DNA of 49,408 nucleotides, filler included, from Sphacelaria rigidula (GCA_964200075.2; 3 parts of 3 records of this genome joined end to end with filler, not necessarily neighbours in it); one strand, 5' to 3'; shown: positions 12,733-24,521, numbered from the whole stretch's first letter. The notes: generated by a model not told the origin, from the sequence alone. Translations and numbers: made by a program.

Positions 12733-12899
12733 GTAGTAACAGGTCATCCCGACGGTCGCATGACCCAATGGCAGCGGCTTTACGAGCGGATCGGAGCAGC
12801 TTTTGGAATCAGCGGCTTCGAGAACGCCGCAAAACAGCCGTCCACAAACATGCACTGGCATCCGCAGGCCGTACGGTGTATGGCCTTCGCGCCCGATGG
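12733..12899 (+). CDS. WDR75: WDR75/UTP17 exon 7 (not in the ORF track)
   Basis: VVTGHPDGRMTQW...MHWHPQAVRCMAFAPDG contains the HWH motif characteristic of WDR75/Utp17; CAG acceptor, GTGAGA donor (phase 2). Confidence 0.9.
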
Positions 12900-13289
12900 G
12901 TGAGAAACCAACTACAGTATCATGTCGATGTTTCGTGTCGTATGCCGTGTATAATGTGTTCATTATGCAGTTCCTGACCTGATGGTGTGGTGCCAAGATA
13001 GCTAAGCCGCGACCTGCTCCCACGGCCTTGCTTTTTTTTTGTAGGACCTCCTCACCCGAAGTTCTGCGGCAGGGACTTGCTGTACCGTTTTGTTTTGTTT
13101 TTTGTTCATCTTAGTTCCTCACGTAGTAGTGCGGCGTTCAGATGGCTAACTCGCAACCTGCTTTCACGGCCTCTCTTTTTCTTGTTTTGTTTTGTTTTGT
13201 TTTGTCCGGCCTCGTTGCCCGTGGCTGTGCGGCGGAGGCCTGCTACTTTGCTTTGTTTATCTACTTCTATTCCCTTTGTTGTCTTTTAT

Positions 13290-13482
13290 TTAGTCTTTCC
13301 TCGTTTTCTCGTTTTCAGTTTACCGAGTTAGACACTCTTCTCTGTTTCCCACGTGTCAACGTTTCTCGAGCTTTCCTGTGGCCAGTGTTTCCGTTTAGAG
13401 TTCTTGTGGATAGTGACCACTGCTGGGTACCGTCCCTTGGGGATCAGTAAATGCTCCATCATCAATTAATCAATCAATCAAA
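13290..13482 (+). mobile_element. 3' tail of a non-LTR retroelement (SINE/LINE) ending in (ATCA)n
   Basis: GTGACCACTGCTGG at 13413 followed by a CAATCAATCA tail; the same tail occurs inverted at 45708-45790. The 5' boundary is uncertain. Confidence 0.55.
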
Positions 13483-13555
13483 TGTTGATGAAGTATCCAG
13501 GGGTTCAGATAGAAAAAAACATGTTTCTGTTTGTTTTTTCGTTGATATCGTGAAG

Positions 13556-13805
13556 GAGTCATCCTACGATAGGGGGGGGAGTATTTGGTTGCACGAAAAA
13601 CGAGGCTTATAGGTGTGTCGGACGACCTGCCACTCTCGCGGTGCACTTGTATTTGGTTCGAAACGATGTGAATCGGCATGAATGAGCGTCACGTATCCAT
13701 AACAAGCTTATTCGAGCAACCGTTGCTGCTTTCAACGACGATTTGACCTGGAATTTCGTGCGAGAAATGGCTCAAAATACCCCCCCCCCTATCGTAGGAT
13801 GACTC
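13556..13805. mobile_element. 250-bp MITE with ~30-bp TIRs and a 4-bp TSD (Sola-like)
   Basis: GAAG|GAGTCATCCTACGATAGGGGGGG...CCCCCCCTATCGTAGGATGACTC|GAAG. Confidence 0.8.
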
Positions 13806-14527
13806 GAAGCATACGCTTTTTTACATCGATGCATCGGAAGCACTTTCATGGAAGTGCAAAATCTTTTAGAGGATATCGTTGTGTTCGTGAACGTACAAAA
13901 ACCAAGGCGTCGATAACTCATCGACAGAACAGCAGCAACCACTTTTCTCTTCCGCCCGACAGTACTGCTGAAAATTACTCCGTGTGTTGGTGGCAGGCGC
14001 CGCGTTCCGGTGGTGGAGCTGGTTTGGTATTGTACAACACTACACTGCAGTCGGTGCTGCTGAATGTATGAAAATAGTGCTTTCCCCTTCACATGTTCCG
14101 CCCGTGCCCATCAGTGAATGCGAACCTTCGTGTCGCTTGGAATCCCGACAAATGGTATCCTTTTTTTTTCACCGATCGTCTGAAAACGTGGCAACAATCA
14201 TTGGTGAAATCATCCGGTGCAAGGTGGACGGGCTGGAGTAGTGCTGATTCGGTGCTTAATACCAGAAGTGCGGCGCAAGTGCTGTACCCGGGTAGAATTT
14301 TTTTTATTGGCCGTTGAGACTACGGATTGGTCTAGAGGAAGTGAAGAAAGTGGTGAGAGGAGGGGGAGTGGGGGTGCTTGCAAGTGCCGTCAAGAGAAAG
14401 GAAAACATCATGGTTGTGGGGTGGGTTTTGAAGATGATGTCGAAGGTACTCGCGTAGCTGTGATTTCGGTGCGGCCTCGAGGTTGCTCGCGGCTCTGAAG
14501 CGGGCTGTGCACTGGGGTTAGTATAAT

Positions 14528-14734
14528 GAGGTATCTAAAACTCGGTTCCCGGTTTCCTGGTTTATTCGTTTGCTCTTGGTTTGTACTATTTTTCCAAGTG
14601 GAAGTGATGGCGATTCATCGGAAGACCTGACCTAGCGGTCAAAGGGTCTCATCATCTGATGAATTACCATCAATCTCCCTTGAAGGAATAGAACAAACAA
14701 AACAGGAATTCGTTAACCGAGTTTGAGATACCTC
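14528..14734. mobile_element. MITE with GAGGTATCTcAAACTCGG TIRs
   Basis: GAGGTATCTAAAACTCGGTT...AACCGAGTTTGAGATACCTC, flanks TAAT/CAAT; longer relative at 24651-25728. Confidence 0.8.
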
Positions 14735-15119
14735 CAATAGTCGATTAGTAGCATCCTCTGTGTTTTTGTCGTCATTTTTGCCGCTCGGTATTGTTCCGTA
14801 TTTTGTCGTCGTGTCATAGTTGTCTTCGTTGTTGCTGTTGTTGGAAGTGATACTTTTGTACCCTTTCCCTTTTCATGGAGTGATGCGGGGAGGAGGAGTG
14901 GAGAGGGGTAGGCATGCCAGTGATGTCAAGACTCGTTTGTCAAGTTGAACGAAAATATCGTTTCTTGCTGTTTGACTTCGAGAATGCTCCAGGACCCGTG
15001 AGCAACACCGCATCGCCTGTCCACATCACAGCAGTCCTTTTTTGAAGCGCCGTCTGTTTTTCGTTTCGTTGTCACTCGTTTTTTTTTCCTGCTACACACC
15101 ACGTTTTTTTGGTCCGCAG

Positions 15120-15219
15120 GGTCCAGTTACTGTCCGGAGGAGAAGAGGGTGTGCTGGTGCAGTGGAACCTGAGTAAAGGAACCAGGGCTTACATTCCCCG
15201 CCTGGGCGCGGCTCTAAAG
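15120..15219 (+). CDS. WDR75: WDR75/UTP17 exon 8; gene continues beyond the contig end
   Basis: GVQLLSGGEEGVLVQWNLSKGTRAYIPRLGAALK matches the WDR75 family signature LLSGG.E.VLV.W......LPRLG. Confidence 0.9.
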
Positions 15220-16406
15220 GTTCGACAAAAAGGGAGTGATGTTCGCCGATCTATTTTCAGTCGGTTTTTGTCGAAAGCGAAGAAGCATCCCGGAAATAGA
15301 TTAATCAAGTGGACTTGAAAAATGTTACGGAAATTGCAATCATTTGAGGGTTAGAGTAAACGTGTACGGAAAACGGTAGATTGTTCGCAGGTGAAGAGTT
15401 TTCAAGACTCAACCAACCAATTAATTGATGCGATTTATTACTTGAAAGTGAAGAAATGTGTCGGAATCAAGCAATCAACCGATAAAAATAACTGGAAGCG
15501 AAAAGCGTTTCGTTAAGACGCGTTTCACAGAAGTTCGTCGACTGTACGCAAAAAGTGTACAAGGTGTAGTTCGCACGAGGTTTTTGTTGTGTGAGGACAA
15601 CAACACACGTGAAGCCCGACTGACCCTGACGTGGCCCGAGAGTCGTCATACTTGTTGTGCCCTCTTACTTGAAAGCTTGACGCTCGTGTGCATCCCCAAT
15701 TTTGTTGTGTTTTATTGGCCCATTCTGCACCTCCCGAATTGAGACATGACATGTAGCCATCATGATATACGCGGAGGTGCTTGCTTCTGTTAGCCTACCC
15801 TAGGTGACAGTGTATGTCGTCGGCACGCACTCTAGCACCCCCTTCGCTGAATAACACCCTTCGGGTGACACATCCCGTGCTGTTTCTCTACACCCACGGA
15901 TTTACTTTTTCGCAGATGTGATTTTTCACCTTGAAACCATGAGGATGCGAGTAGCAGTAAGGTTCAAGGTTTTGTTTGACTGAGTTTGTTCGACGAGAGT
16001 CCACGCAGTGCAGGAGTGTTTGGTCATGATTCAGTCCGCGATGATACGAAGATGTAAGGCGTGTACTGCACCGGGGGAAATACGAGTTGGACCCTGTTGA
16101 GAGCACGGACTCGTCCCGAGGGAGAGGAGGAGTTGGAAGCGTGACGGACAAGATCGCGGGGGTCGTACACCGCGTCACCGGCGGCACGCCTGTGTTTCGA
16201 TTGAAGCTGTTGCTGTCTCGTTTTTGTTGCGTCGGTGTGTTGGTGGACCGTAGCCGTCAATACTGTACTGTACTGTGCCGTACCGGGACAAACATTGGTG
16301 TGTTGAGGTTTTTCTCTGGTTAATGGTATTAAATCCCTCCCCTGCTCTGTCTCGAAAGGGATGCGTGGTCAATGGTCACACGACTAAGGCAAGCAACAAA
16401 TGAGTA

Positions 16407-16506
16407 NNNNNNNNNNNNNNNNNNNNNNNNNNNNNNNNNNNNNNNNNNNNTTAATTAATTAANNNNNNNNNNNNNNNNNNNNNNNNNNNNNNNNNNNNNN
16501 NNNNNN
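16407..16506. other. Artificial contig spacer
   Basis: 44 N + TTAATTAATTAA (stops in all six frames) + 44 N = 100 nt. Confidence 0.97.
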
Positions 16507-16654
16507 CCCCAGCGGGGGGCCCCTGCGATTTGAAACTGCCTTTACCCCCCCCCCCCCCCCGAAAGTAAGACCGTCATCAAAATACCGAGACCCTTTGCAA
16601 CCCGTAGGTACGAGTTATTATGCACGATTAAATTATGCACACCATTTTCTTTGT

Positions 16655-16724
16655 CATGTCGGGATTCGAACTTGTGACTTGTGTAATTTGGGGCTGTTGT
16701 ATCAGTTTGAACATCGGGGCGCAG
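16655..16724 (-). mobile_element. tRNA-like SINE head; body runs toward the contig edge
   Basis: Minus strand CTGCGCCCCGATGTTCAAACTG...AAGTTCGAATCCCG; same 5' start as the head at 5633. Confidence 0.55.
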
Positions 16725-17049
16725 CCGCGTCACACGAAAAGTGCACGGTTAGGACGAATCATCACGGGGTCGAATCACCAAAATCTACGATTTCTCGGCC
16801 TGACTGCCCAAAAAGGAGAAAAAAGTTGACCGCTGGTCCAAGGGGTATCCACGCAACTTTTGCGCCATTCCACGTGTTTGGGCTGCGTGTACCTGGGTTG
16901 CAACGCTGAAAACAAAGTCTAGCGATTGATTCGTACGATTCGAATCGATTAGAATAAAATCAAGTAATTTCCAGACAAATCATTCATTTGTTCGACCCTT
17001 GGAAAAGTGCGACGCGAAGCCCAATTTGAGTTTTTTGGGGCTGTTGCTT

Positions 17050-17298
17050 ACCAGGATGTGGTTGACGCGAGTGCCCCTGTGTGTCGGAGCGTTGTCATCA
17101 TTTCTATCAGTTTTTCTTGTTTTTGCTGAAACTTCAACTCGCTCTAACTTCCTCTTTTTCTTCCCCTCTACTCCACTTGTAGGGTTGCGCGGATTGGTGA
17201 TGAAAATGTCGTGGCGAAATTTCAGCGCCTAAGTTTCCGAAAGGTCAATCGCATCTCCACTCTTCGTTCAAAAATCACCGTTGGCCGGCCCAGCTCGT
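17050..17298. repeat. Dispersed repeat/DNA transposon end; second copy at ~29700-29960
   Basis: Shared CCAGGATG..TTGACGCGAGTGCCC and GCTGAAACTTCAACTCGCTCTAACTT; ends in GGCCGGCCCAGCTCG|TA, the terminus also seen at 48870. Confidence 0.7.
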
Positions 17299-19395
17299 AA
17301 ACAGTTGTGGACTGTACTGCTTGGTGTGTGACGTTGTGGTGGGAGGCGCCGTCTGATGTGGAACATGACACATTGATATTTTATCAGGCTCACATAAACA
17401 TGAAGTAGATCACAGACAGCACAAGAACCGATATCAGGCCCACAACAAAATAAGAAATTACGAACACAAACGCCACGACTCGATGAGCCACGCCACATGG
17501 AGCCCCCGTAGGCAGCTAGTAGCTGCTGGGCAGGGGAGGGGGTGCATAGTCCCGTTGGAGTACTATTTGGGCCAAGTAATGCGTAAAACTCAACTTTTAT
17601 GCCTTCGTCATGCTGAAATATCCAGAAGCATATGTTCTAGAAAAAACGCGTAAGATTACGCGCAGGGTCCCGTTTTATGCCGAATCATATGCGCGCATAA
17701 AAATCGAAAGTCTAGTTTTCCTGTAAAGCAGAACATTGGATGGAAGTTTTCATTTAGAGATGCGCCTTTATTTTGAATACACCAAATAGTTACAACCCCC
17801 CACGCCACCCCACTGTATATACTATCGGAGACGCTCTGGCAGGCCTGCAGGTTCTCACAAATGAGCTAGCACATATTCCGACGCATCAACATCGTATCCC
17901 TCATGTGCAATGTTAGGAATTGCAAAGTTCGCCATGTCTGCAACACTCGCAGGACTATAGACAGACAGTACACTATCGTATGATGTACACACAGCGTTGA
18001 ACACGCCGAAATACCACCTCACCAAGACTTTTCCTAGATCTTGCCTTTGCGTGTTTTTTCGTCGACTGGCGCAACACCGGATCAAATGTCCCATTCTCTG
18101 GACGTTCATGCCTGATGTGATGTGTCAGCATGTTGTGCAAATTTGTGCAATTACACACATGTGGCAGAGCTGCAGATTTGGGCCCGATTTTGAGCGCAGG
18201 TGTAAATGTGCGAAAGCACACTTGGCTAGAACACCCCTTGTCCGAATATTCTCGGTATATCTCGAGTTGAGCTCAAGGTTAGGGTCAGCGTTATCTGGAA
18301 ACAATGAACTTGGGTCGCGACCCCTGTCCCCTGTCTACCCTGTCTTTTCGTGGGCTTTACGTACACCACTGTTATGTACAGTACACGAGCAAACACGTCA
18401 GCTTGGATCATGCAGCCCATCTGTTACTCACTGCAAGAACATCTTCGTGCAGGGCATGTTCTGCAGCAAACTCTCCCAAGTATTTGTGTGAGTTTCCTGT
18501 CGGGAGCACGTGAGGCGCTTCGGTCGAAGAAAGATTGATCTCGCAGGATCTCTGCTTGCCGTTAGTAAAAAAAAGATATACCCTCGCCGAAACTCTTGAA
18601 GCGGACAAACCGTTTGTGATGCACGCCCAACGCCACATTTGCCCAGCGCCCGCACCCCAGTGCTAGTGCAACCTTGGGCCTGTGCGTGGGGGCACGGACT
18701 CGCGTGTAGCGTAGAGAAGTATGGTGGTGTTGCTGCGAGGCCGTAGATACGCGTATATCGTTTGAGCTCGTAGCGGTGTGTGTGGCGTCGTGGACTGATG
18801 GGCGGCACACTACAGAGCAAGTACAGCAGCCTTGGCTGCTTCTGGCTGATTTTACTGCGCAGTTTCTGCCTGTCCCCCCTAGCTGGCGGACTGGAAAATA
18901 ATTGTTGCAGCCTTGCCAAGGGACAGATCTCACCCAAGAGGCAAATGCATGGCAGCACCACCCGCCACTGCTTGAAACACGGGTGTACCAAGATATACAT
19001 CCAAACACTGAGCGCCATGGTTTCGCCACATCAGTCATCATAACAAGAGCGAAACAACGAAATGACCGGGGGATGTTCCCACACCCTCTTATATACAAAC
19101 GTGACAGTTTCCCCGATACCTCAAGCAAGAAGTTGTGGCAAAAGGTATTCCGACCTTATATGGACGGTGGGCGATGCCTGATCCACCTGCGGGTGTCTGG
19201 CGGTCTGGTATATAACCCGTCTGGTATATAAAACGGAAATATAAAGGGACCGTCGAATTACTCCGCGTCCTGGGATTGCCTCATACTTTCCCCGATAAAA
19301 ATGCTCATCAACACTCGGTCAATAAACTACCTAACAAGGGACTTATGCCAAACACAAACGCCCGCACACAAACACTCCGGCAGCAGCACACGAAC

Positions 19396-19683
19396 CTGGA
19401 TTCGGCCTGCAGCGTTGAAGTTAGTTTGACCGTGGCGCAGCAAGAAGAACGACATCAAGTCCTCGTTCGGAGCGGGTGTCTCGGGCGGCGTTGCGTTTTC
19501 TACCCCCTGGGTCATCGCTGCGGACACCAGCGGCTTGGTTCCTACTTTGCCTCCTGTTCTGACAACTGAACCACCGCCGCCTCCCATAGAAAAGGCCCTG
19601 ACGACGCCTTTTCTAGCGGCTGCTAGGGCGAGCAGTACTCGCCCTGCAGGTGCGAAACTACGCCTGTTCCTCGCCGAGCTCAT
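19396..19683 (-). CDS. Histidine phosphatase superfamily (phosphoglycerate mutase-like) protein, first exon; remainder not found on this contig
   Basis: FFLLRHGQTNFNAAGRIQ carries the RHG phosphohistidine motif; CAG|GTTCGT donor at 19395; ATG at 19683 with a long N-terminal extension. Confidence 0.85.
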
Positions 19684-20234
19684 TATGACGTCCAATACTG
19701 AATCAACGAAATCAACCCCTGGCCTGATTACGTCCGAATATGTGCGATATCCTAAAACGGATTCCTGGTAGTAGACGTTGAGCTAATGACTATGCTATGC
19801 TGCTGTACAAACGCAATCAACGCTCCCTATTTACAGCACCTGTACTGTGAGGTGAGCCGGGGCCTTAGCACAGGTACAGCTCTCCACGCTAATTGACCCT
19901 TGACCGTGAACTTTAGCCAACAGCAGGTCGTCATCAATTCAGGTTGCCAGTGCGAAATGCTACGCAAGTATTTGGTCATGCAAACATGTGGGTACGCACA
20001 CAAGTTCGAAACAGGCGTGTCTGGGCCATAGGTCACATTTGTAGTAGGCGTGTCTTCTCGGCTATGTGCAGGGAGAGCGAGACAGATCATCCTTCGCAGA
20101 ACAAGAAACAGATGCAGTGTTAACTCCTTCGCACAAAATAAGCGCTCTACAGTGCAGCTTAGCTTCTAGCAGGGCAACAACGATTAAAGCGGGGTGGGTG
20201 GCGGAGGTAGAGGACCAAGGAGACGTGAAGCGCC

Positions 20235-20363
20235 ATGGTGATCGTGGATTCGCTGTGCATAGTCTGCTTTGAGACCTTGCCCACGGACGAGCGATGTCAG
20301 GGCTGCCAGCGTGGAACATGCCGCCCGTGCTTGAAGACCTTCCTCACGTCCAGGGTTTACCAG
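20235..20363 (+). CDS. RBR-type E3 ubiquitin ligase, exon 1 (RING1)
   Basis: gccATGg start; CIVCFETLPTDERCQGCQRGTCRPCLKTFL; CAG|GTAGAT donor, phase 0. Confidence 0.8.
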
Positions 20364-21204
20364 GTAGATCTGCACCTCCTAATCCATCACTGGAATCAAG
20401 AACAAGACCTTCTGTCGCGCGTTTTCTTGATGTTTTCGCTGGACTGACTCTATCATACAGTATTGTGTTGCTGTTTCCCCCTACCTGGCTGTATCGAGCG
20501 ATTCCGATACATGCGCTTTTGCCGCCGATGCTTGTGACATGCAGAGAGATACTTGGGCAGTATGGAACGATGCATCGTACTTGCGGCAGTCGCATGTAAT
20601 AAGAGAGGCTGCACACTTCTACGTTTGTTTTAGGCCGAGGCTCGGCGCACTCAGCGTGTTTATTTTCATTTCATGTATAGACCAGGTCTCCTGTCCCAGT
20701 TGGAATAAGCACTCTCCGGTTGCGGAACAATTGCCCCAAGCTAAATCTTTGACCGCCATGTTACCAGGGTCATCTGGGTTTCGCATATTTTTCCAAATGA
20801 AGGTGATGCCGATTCAAGAGGTGACCCACGCCGGTCGTCAGAGGATTCAGCTGTGAGGTGTACGCTTGTACATTCCTGTCTGCGTGTTGTTGTCCGGCAT
20901 TGCACCGTATCCTCTCGTGCTCTCAAACGTTTTTGATTGCCCGATGCATCTGAGATGTGTACATTTGGTAGTACTCTACTGAAACACTTACACTTACTAG
21001 TTCCGAAGCTGTGCTTTTTGCGGGTGAGGGCTGACGGACATACCATCGTACGCGCTGACTGACTACTTGAGCACGCTTGTAAGAAAAAGCCCTCCCCCCA
21101 CAAGTATTAGCGAGGGTCTGCTCTTCCCAGTCATCCAGGGACCTTGCGTTGTTCGACGCCCGAGCATGCTCAACAATGATCACGGCCTGTACTGTGCTTG
21201 TAAC

Positions 21205-21310
21205 TTAACCCTTAGACCGCGAGGTTAGTCTATCTGGATCATGCACACTTTTTTCAAGTCAAATTGATGCCGATTCAACAGATGACCTGTTCTCGCAGTC
21301 TAGGGGTTAA
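21205..21310. mobile_element. Complete piggyBac-like MITE with TTAA TSD
   Basis: TTAA|CCCTTAGACCGCGAG...CTCGCAGTCTAGGGG|TTAA. Confidence 0.85.
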
Positions 21311-22114
21311 TTTTTCCCTACTGACCCACCTGTCTGCTGTCGTAATGTACAGTAGAACTACTGTCGTATTATCGTCTCCGTCAAAGGGGTACTCGCTGTG
21401 TTCAAGGTCTCCTTATACCCTGAGGGGTTGGTGCAAGGATAAGAAGGAATATGAAGTGTGGTTCAAAACACAATCTCGTGGGGGAGGAGGTCAAGTTTGT
21501 ACCGAAAGCCGAAATGTAAAATGTGTCCGAGGTATATGTAAAATGCTGCATCGAAGTTGAAGTCCTCCCGCCCACGCCCCCGCACGCCTGTCGTACCCCG
21601 CTCACCACCACGCGTACACGCACACTGGTACTGTGACAGTCGTGAAGGGGCAGTTAGAACTCGGCCATCAGTGCGAAACGCCGCACCTTCGTTTGTGTTT
21701 CGTAGACACACGATGACGCTTACTTCTGTCCCTGAGAGCCGTTGACTCCCACGTGCTCATTTTGAGCCCAGATTTAACAGTCAGGTGAAACAGACTATTG
21801 TGATTTGTTATATCTGGGCTCAATTTCAAGCCTCGTCGCAGGCGGATTATCTTTCAATGGCCACACCGTTTGGAGATCGAATTCGGGTTTCGATCACTCC
21901 ATCGCGTCAAAATTATTGTTTCTGTCAAGGAGTGTATCCCGCACGCACGAGTAATGCTACGGTAGGGGTGCACTTTTTGTGCGAAATCTTGTCTGGTTCA
22001 GGGGCTGCCAATGATTCTAGATTGCACAAGAATAGGGGTCAGGGCACCCCCGTTTGCAAATTCATTTGGGATGTATTTAGTACATTGAAATAGTAATCCT
22101 GGCGTACTCAGTCG

Positions 22115-22545
22115 GTCGCCCCGGTGGCTGAGTTGATATCCTCACAAACTTGTGGCGGTTGGGTCGTGGGTTCAATTCTCGGAGCGATCTGGGATATTTC
22201 TTACACCATGCCCAACAGTGGAGAGCGACTACGTCGTGGGTTCACAGAAATGTCTTCACGGTCGACGAGGGAAAGGGACTGCTGGACTTAGGTTGCGTTA
22301 AAAAAGACAGGCAAAAAATTCAGGAGGAAGGTGGGCAAGGAAAAACAATTAAAAAGACACCGCTGAACTCCTCTCGCGACAAGAAAAAAAGACAAGCACC
22401 GCAGAAGGAAGGTGGGGTACGAAAAATAAATAAAAAGGAAGAGCTCCCGTGTTGACCTTCCTCCTGTGTGACCCGCCTGGTGCGCCCACATATACCGAAA
22501 GGGGTAGACTGGCGTCCACAATAGATGGGAGGACAACACACACGA
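22115..22545 (+). mobile_element. tRNA-derived SINE-like element
   Basis: GTCGCCCCGGTGGCTGAGTTG (A box)...GGGTTCAATTC (B box)...CGGAGCGA (residual acceptor-stem pairing); CA-rich 3' end. Confidence 0.6.
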
Positions 22546-22608
22546 CAATCCTCTCACATCTTTATTAAGTGGTATTTTGGATGAGATTGAAGGCCCCTGA
22601 GAACCGAT

Positions 22609-23066
22609 TCTAATGGAAGCCGTTCAAAATTTCTGTTCAAAACTGCCTTTTTGGCCCTTCTCCCTCATTTTACGCCTGAAAAGAGGGCCTGGCGAATGTT
22701 GACGCCTTGGAACGACTTGCTCTACTCATTGAGACCGTTTCAGGGCAACTTTGTGTTTCCCGCTGGCCGCACTCGCATTTTTGGCCGAACACCGATTTTC
22801 AATGAAAAACGGTCAAGCGATAAAAAAAACAGGGAGAAATTTTGATCACCTGATCGTTTTTACTGAAAATCCGTGTTTGCGCTGATTTGGCCATGAACGA
22901 AAGTGCGGCCAGCGGGAAATGCAAAGTTGCCCTAGAACGGTCTCAACGAGTAGAGTAAGTCATTCCAAGGCGTCAACATCCACCTAGCCCTCTTTTACGT
23001 CGTAGATCGATGGAGGAGGGCCCAAAAGACAATTTTCGACGGGAATTTTGAACGGCTTCCGTTAGA
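22609..23066. mobile_element. Foldback element/MITE with ~200-bp inverted arms
   Basis: TCTAATGGAAGCCGTTCAAAATT... and ...AATTTTGAACGGCTTCCGTTAGA; arms match through TGTTGACGCCTTGGAA and TTTCCCGCTGGCCGCACT. Confidence 0.85.
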
Positions 23067-23227
23067 GGTGGCCTAACATTTCTAACCTCAGAAAGTATTT
23101 GTGCACCCCTACCGTAGCATCACTCGCACACGCATACTGTACTCACAAATCCAAGTATGATAACATTAGCCCCCCAGTCGTCATTATTCCTGAAGGACCC
23201 CATTTTTCTTACGTTACACATGCACAG

Positions 23228-23624
23228 GGCTATTTCGGGGAGAACTCCCTGGTTTGCCCGAATTACGACTGCTCTAAGTCGTTCTCAACGGAAGAACTTC
23301 ACGAAATACTCGAGCCTAAAACTCGCGAGCACCTCGAGAACCTGCGCCTCCTCGCCGCTGTGAACCGAGACCCAAGACGGTGCTGGTGCCCAAACCACGA
23401 ATGCGGTGCCCCCGTGGATCTTCGTCGAAGAATAGCGACCAAAAGGATGGCAAAGTGCGGGAAGTGCGAGAGGAAGTTTTGTCCTCGGTGCGGCGAGCCT
23501 CCGCACAGGGGCAGCTGCCCCCGTGAGCAGACATACGTGGAGTGGGTAACAAGTACAGAGCTTCGAGAGGACGAGGATGGGGTGCAAGCGTGTCCCAAGT
23601 GTCATCATCATATCGAGAAGCGAG
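23228..23624 (+). CDS. RBR-type E3 ubiquitin ligase, exon 2 (RING1 end, IBR, RING2 start)
   Basis: CPNYDC...WCPNHEC...CGKCERKFCPRCGEPPHRGSC...CPKCHHHIEKR; CAG acceptor, G|GTGCGT donor (phase 1). Confidence 0.92.
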
Positions 23625-24521
23625 GTGCGTGATTCAGGGGGTGTACCCATGATCATGCATGCCGTAGTCGTGAGACTTTTGACCTCGTATCCCTACAAAG
23701 TCGGGACAGAGCACGCCGGGTTTTCGCCGGACCAGGCTCGTGATTGCGCGTGATGTGGGGGGGGAAGAAATGACTTCAGTGCGAGTGCAAGCGTGAAGCT
23801 GAGTTCTCCGGGGGGAAACGGTGTTTAATGGGGGAAAGGAGGAACGTACTCTCTGCGCGACATTCGCATGCGTAGATCAAAATGATGAGGAGGCGTTTTC
23901 TTGTCTCTGGCAGCAATTCGGAAGGGCATGAACCGTTGACTGTTTAGAGTTGAATGCTTATACACGTCGGACAGGTCAGCTCTCTGTAGCTCGAGCCAGC
24001 TCCTTTCGTAGCGTAGCTTCCCAGTGAGCTGTGAGAGCTACATGAGTTACTTACGTTCTTCCTGGGTGAGCTATGAGAGCAACATGAGCTGCGCATGTTT
24101 GCCGTAGGTGAGCCACCAACCCGTAGCTCATCGGCTCATGTACGCCCTGGGTGAGCCATGAGAGCAACATGAGCTACGCGTGTTTGCTCTAGGTAAGCTA
24201 CCAACCCGTAGCCCATCAGCTCATATTCGCCGTGGGTGAGCTATGAGAGCTGTATGAGCCACACACGTTTACTATTGGTATACCAACCCGGAGCTCATCA
24301 GCTCATATTCGCCGTGGGTGAGCTATGAGAGCTGTGTGAGCTACGCATGTTTGCCCGTGATTAGCTATGAGAGCTAGGTAAGCTATGCATAATTGCCCTG
24401 GGTGAGCTACCGGGCGTAGCTCATCCGCGCTTGTTCGCCCTGGTTGAGCTAAATAGCTACGGGAGCTACGCTGATGTCGGAGTTGTTTCTGTTCCTATGC
24501 TCATGCACGTTGATACGTTGA

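Noticed and set aside
15219..19396. Functional cluster or convergent pair linking WDR75 with the phosphatase and RBR genes
   Set aside because: They are separated by an artificial spacer, so the adjacency is most likely an assembly artefact.
22115..22189. Functional tRNA gene (also the other five tRNA-like heads)
   Set aside because: A/B boxes are present but I could not build a complete cloverleaf with a 7-nt anticodon loop; better explained as SINE heads.
23625..23670. GCTH-like peptide just after the RBR exon-2 donor as an alternative RING2 continuation
   Set aside because: It is preceded by an in-frame stop and lacks the downstream CxxC..CWxC; the true continuation is at 30262.
23980..24470. 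GAGCT arrays as CRISPR or telomeric repeats
   Set aside because: Degenerate subterminal repeats bounded by TIRs and present in a second dispersed copy.
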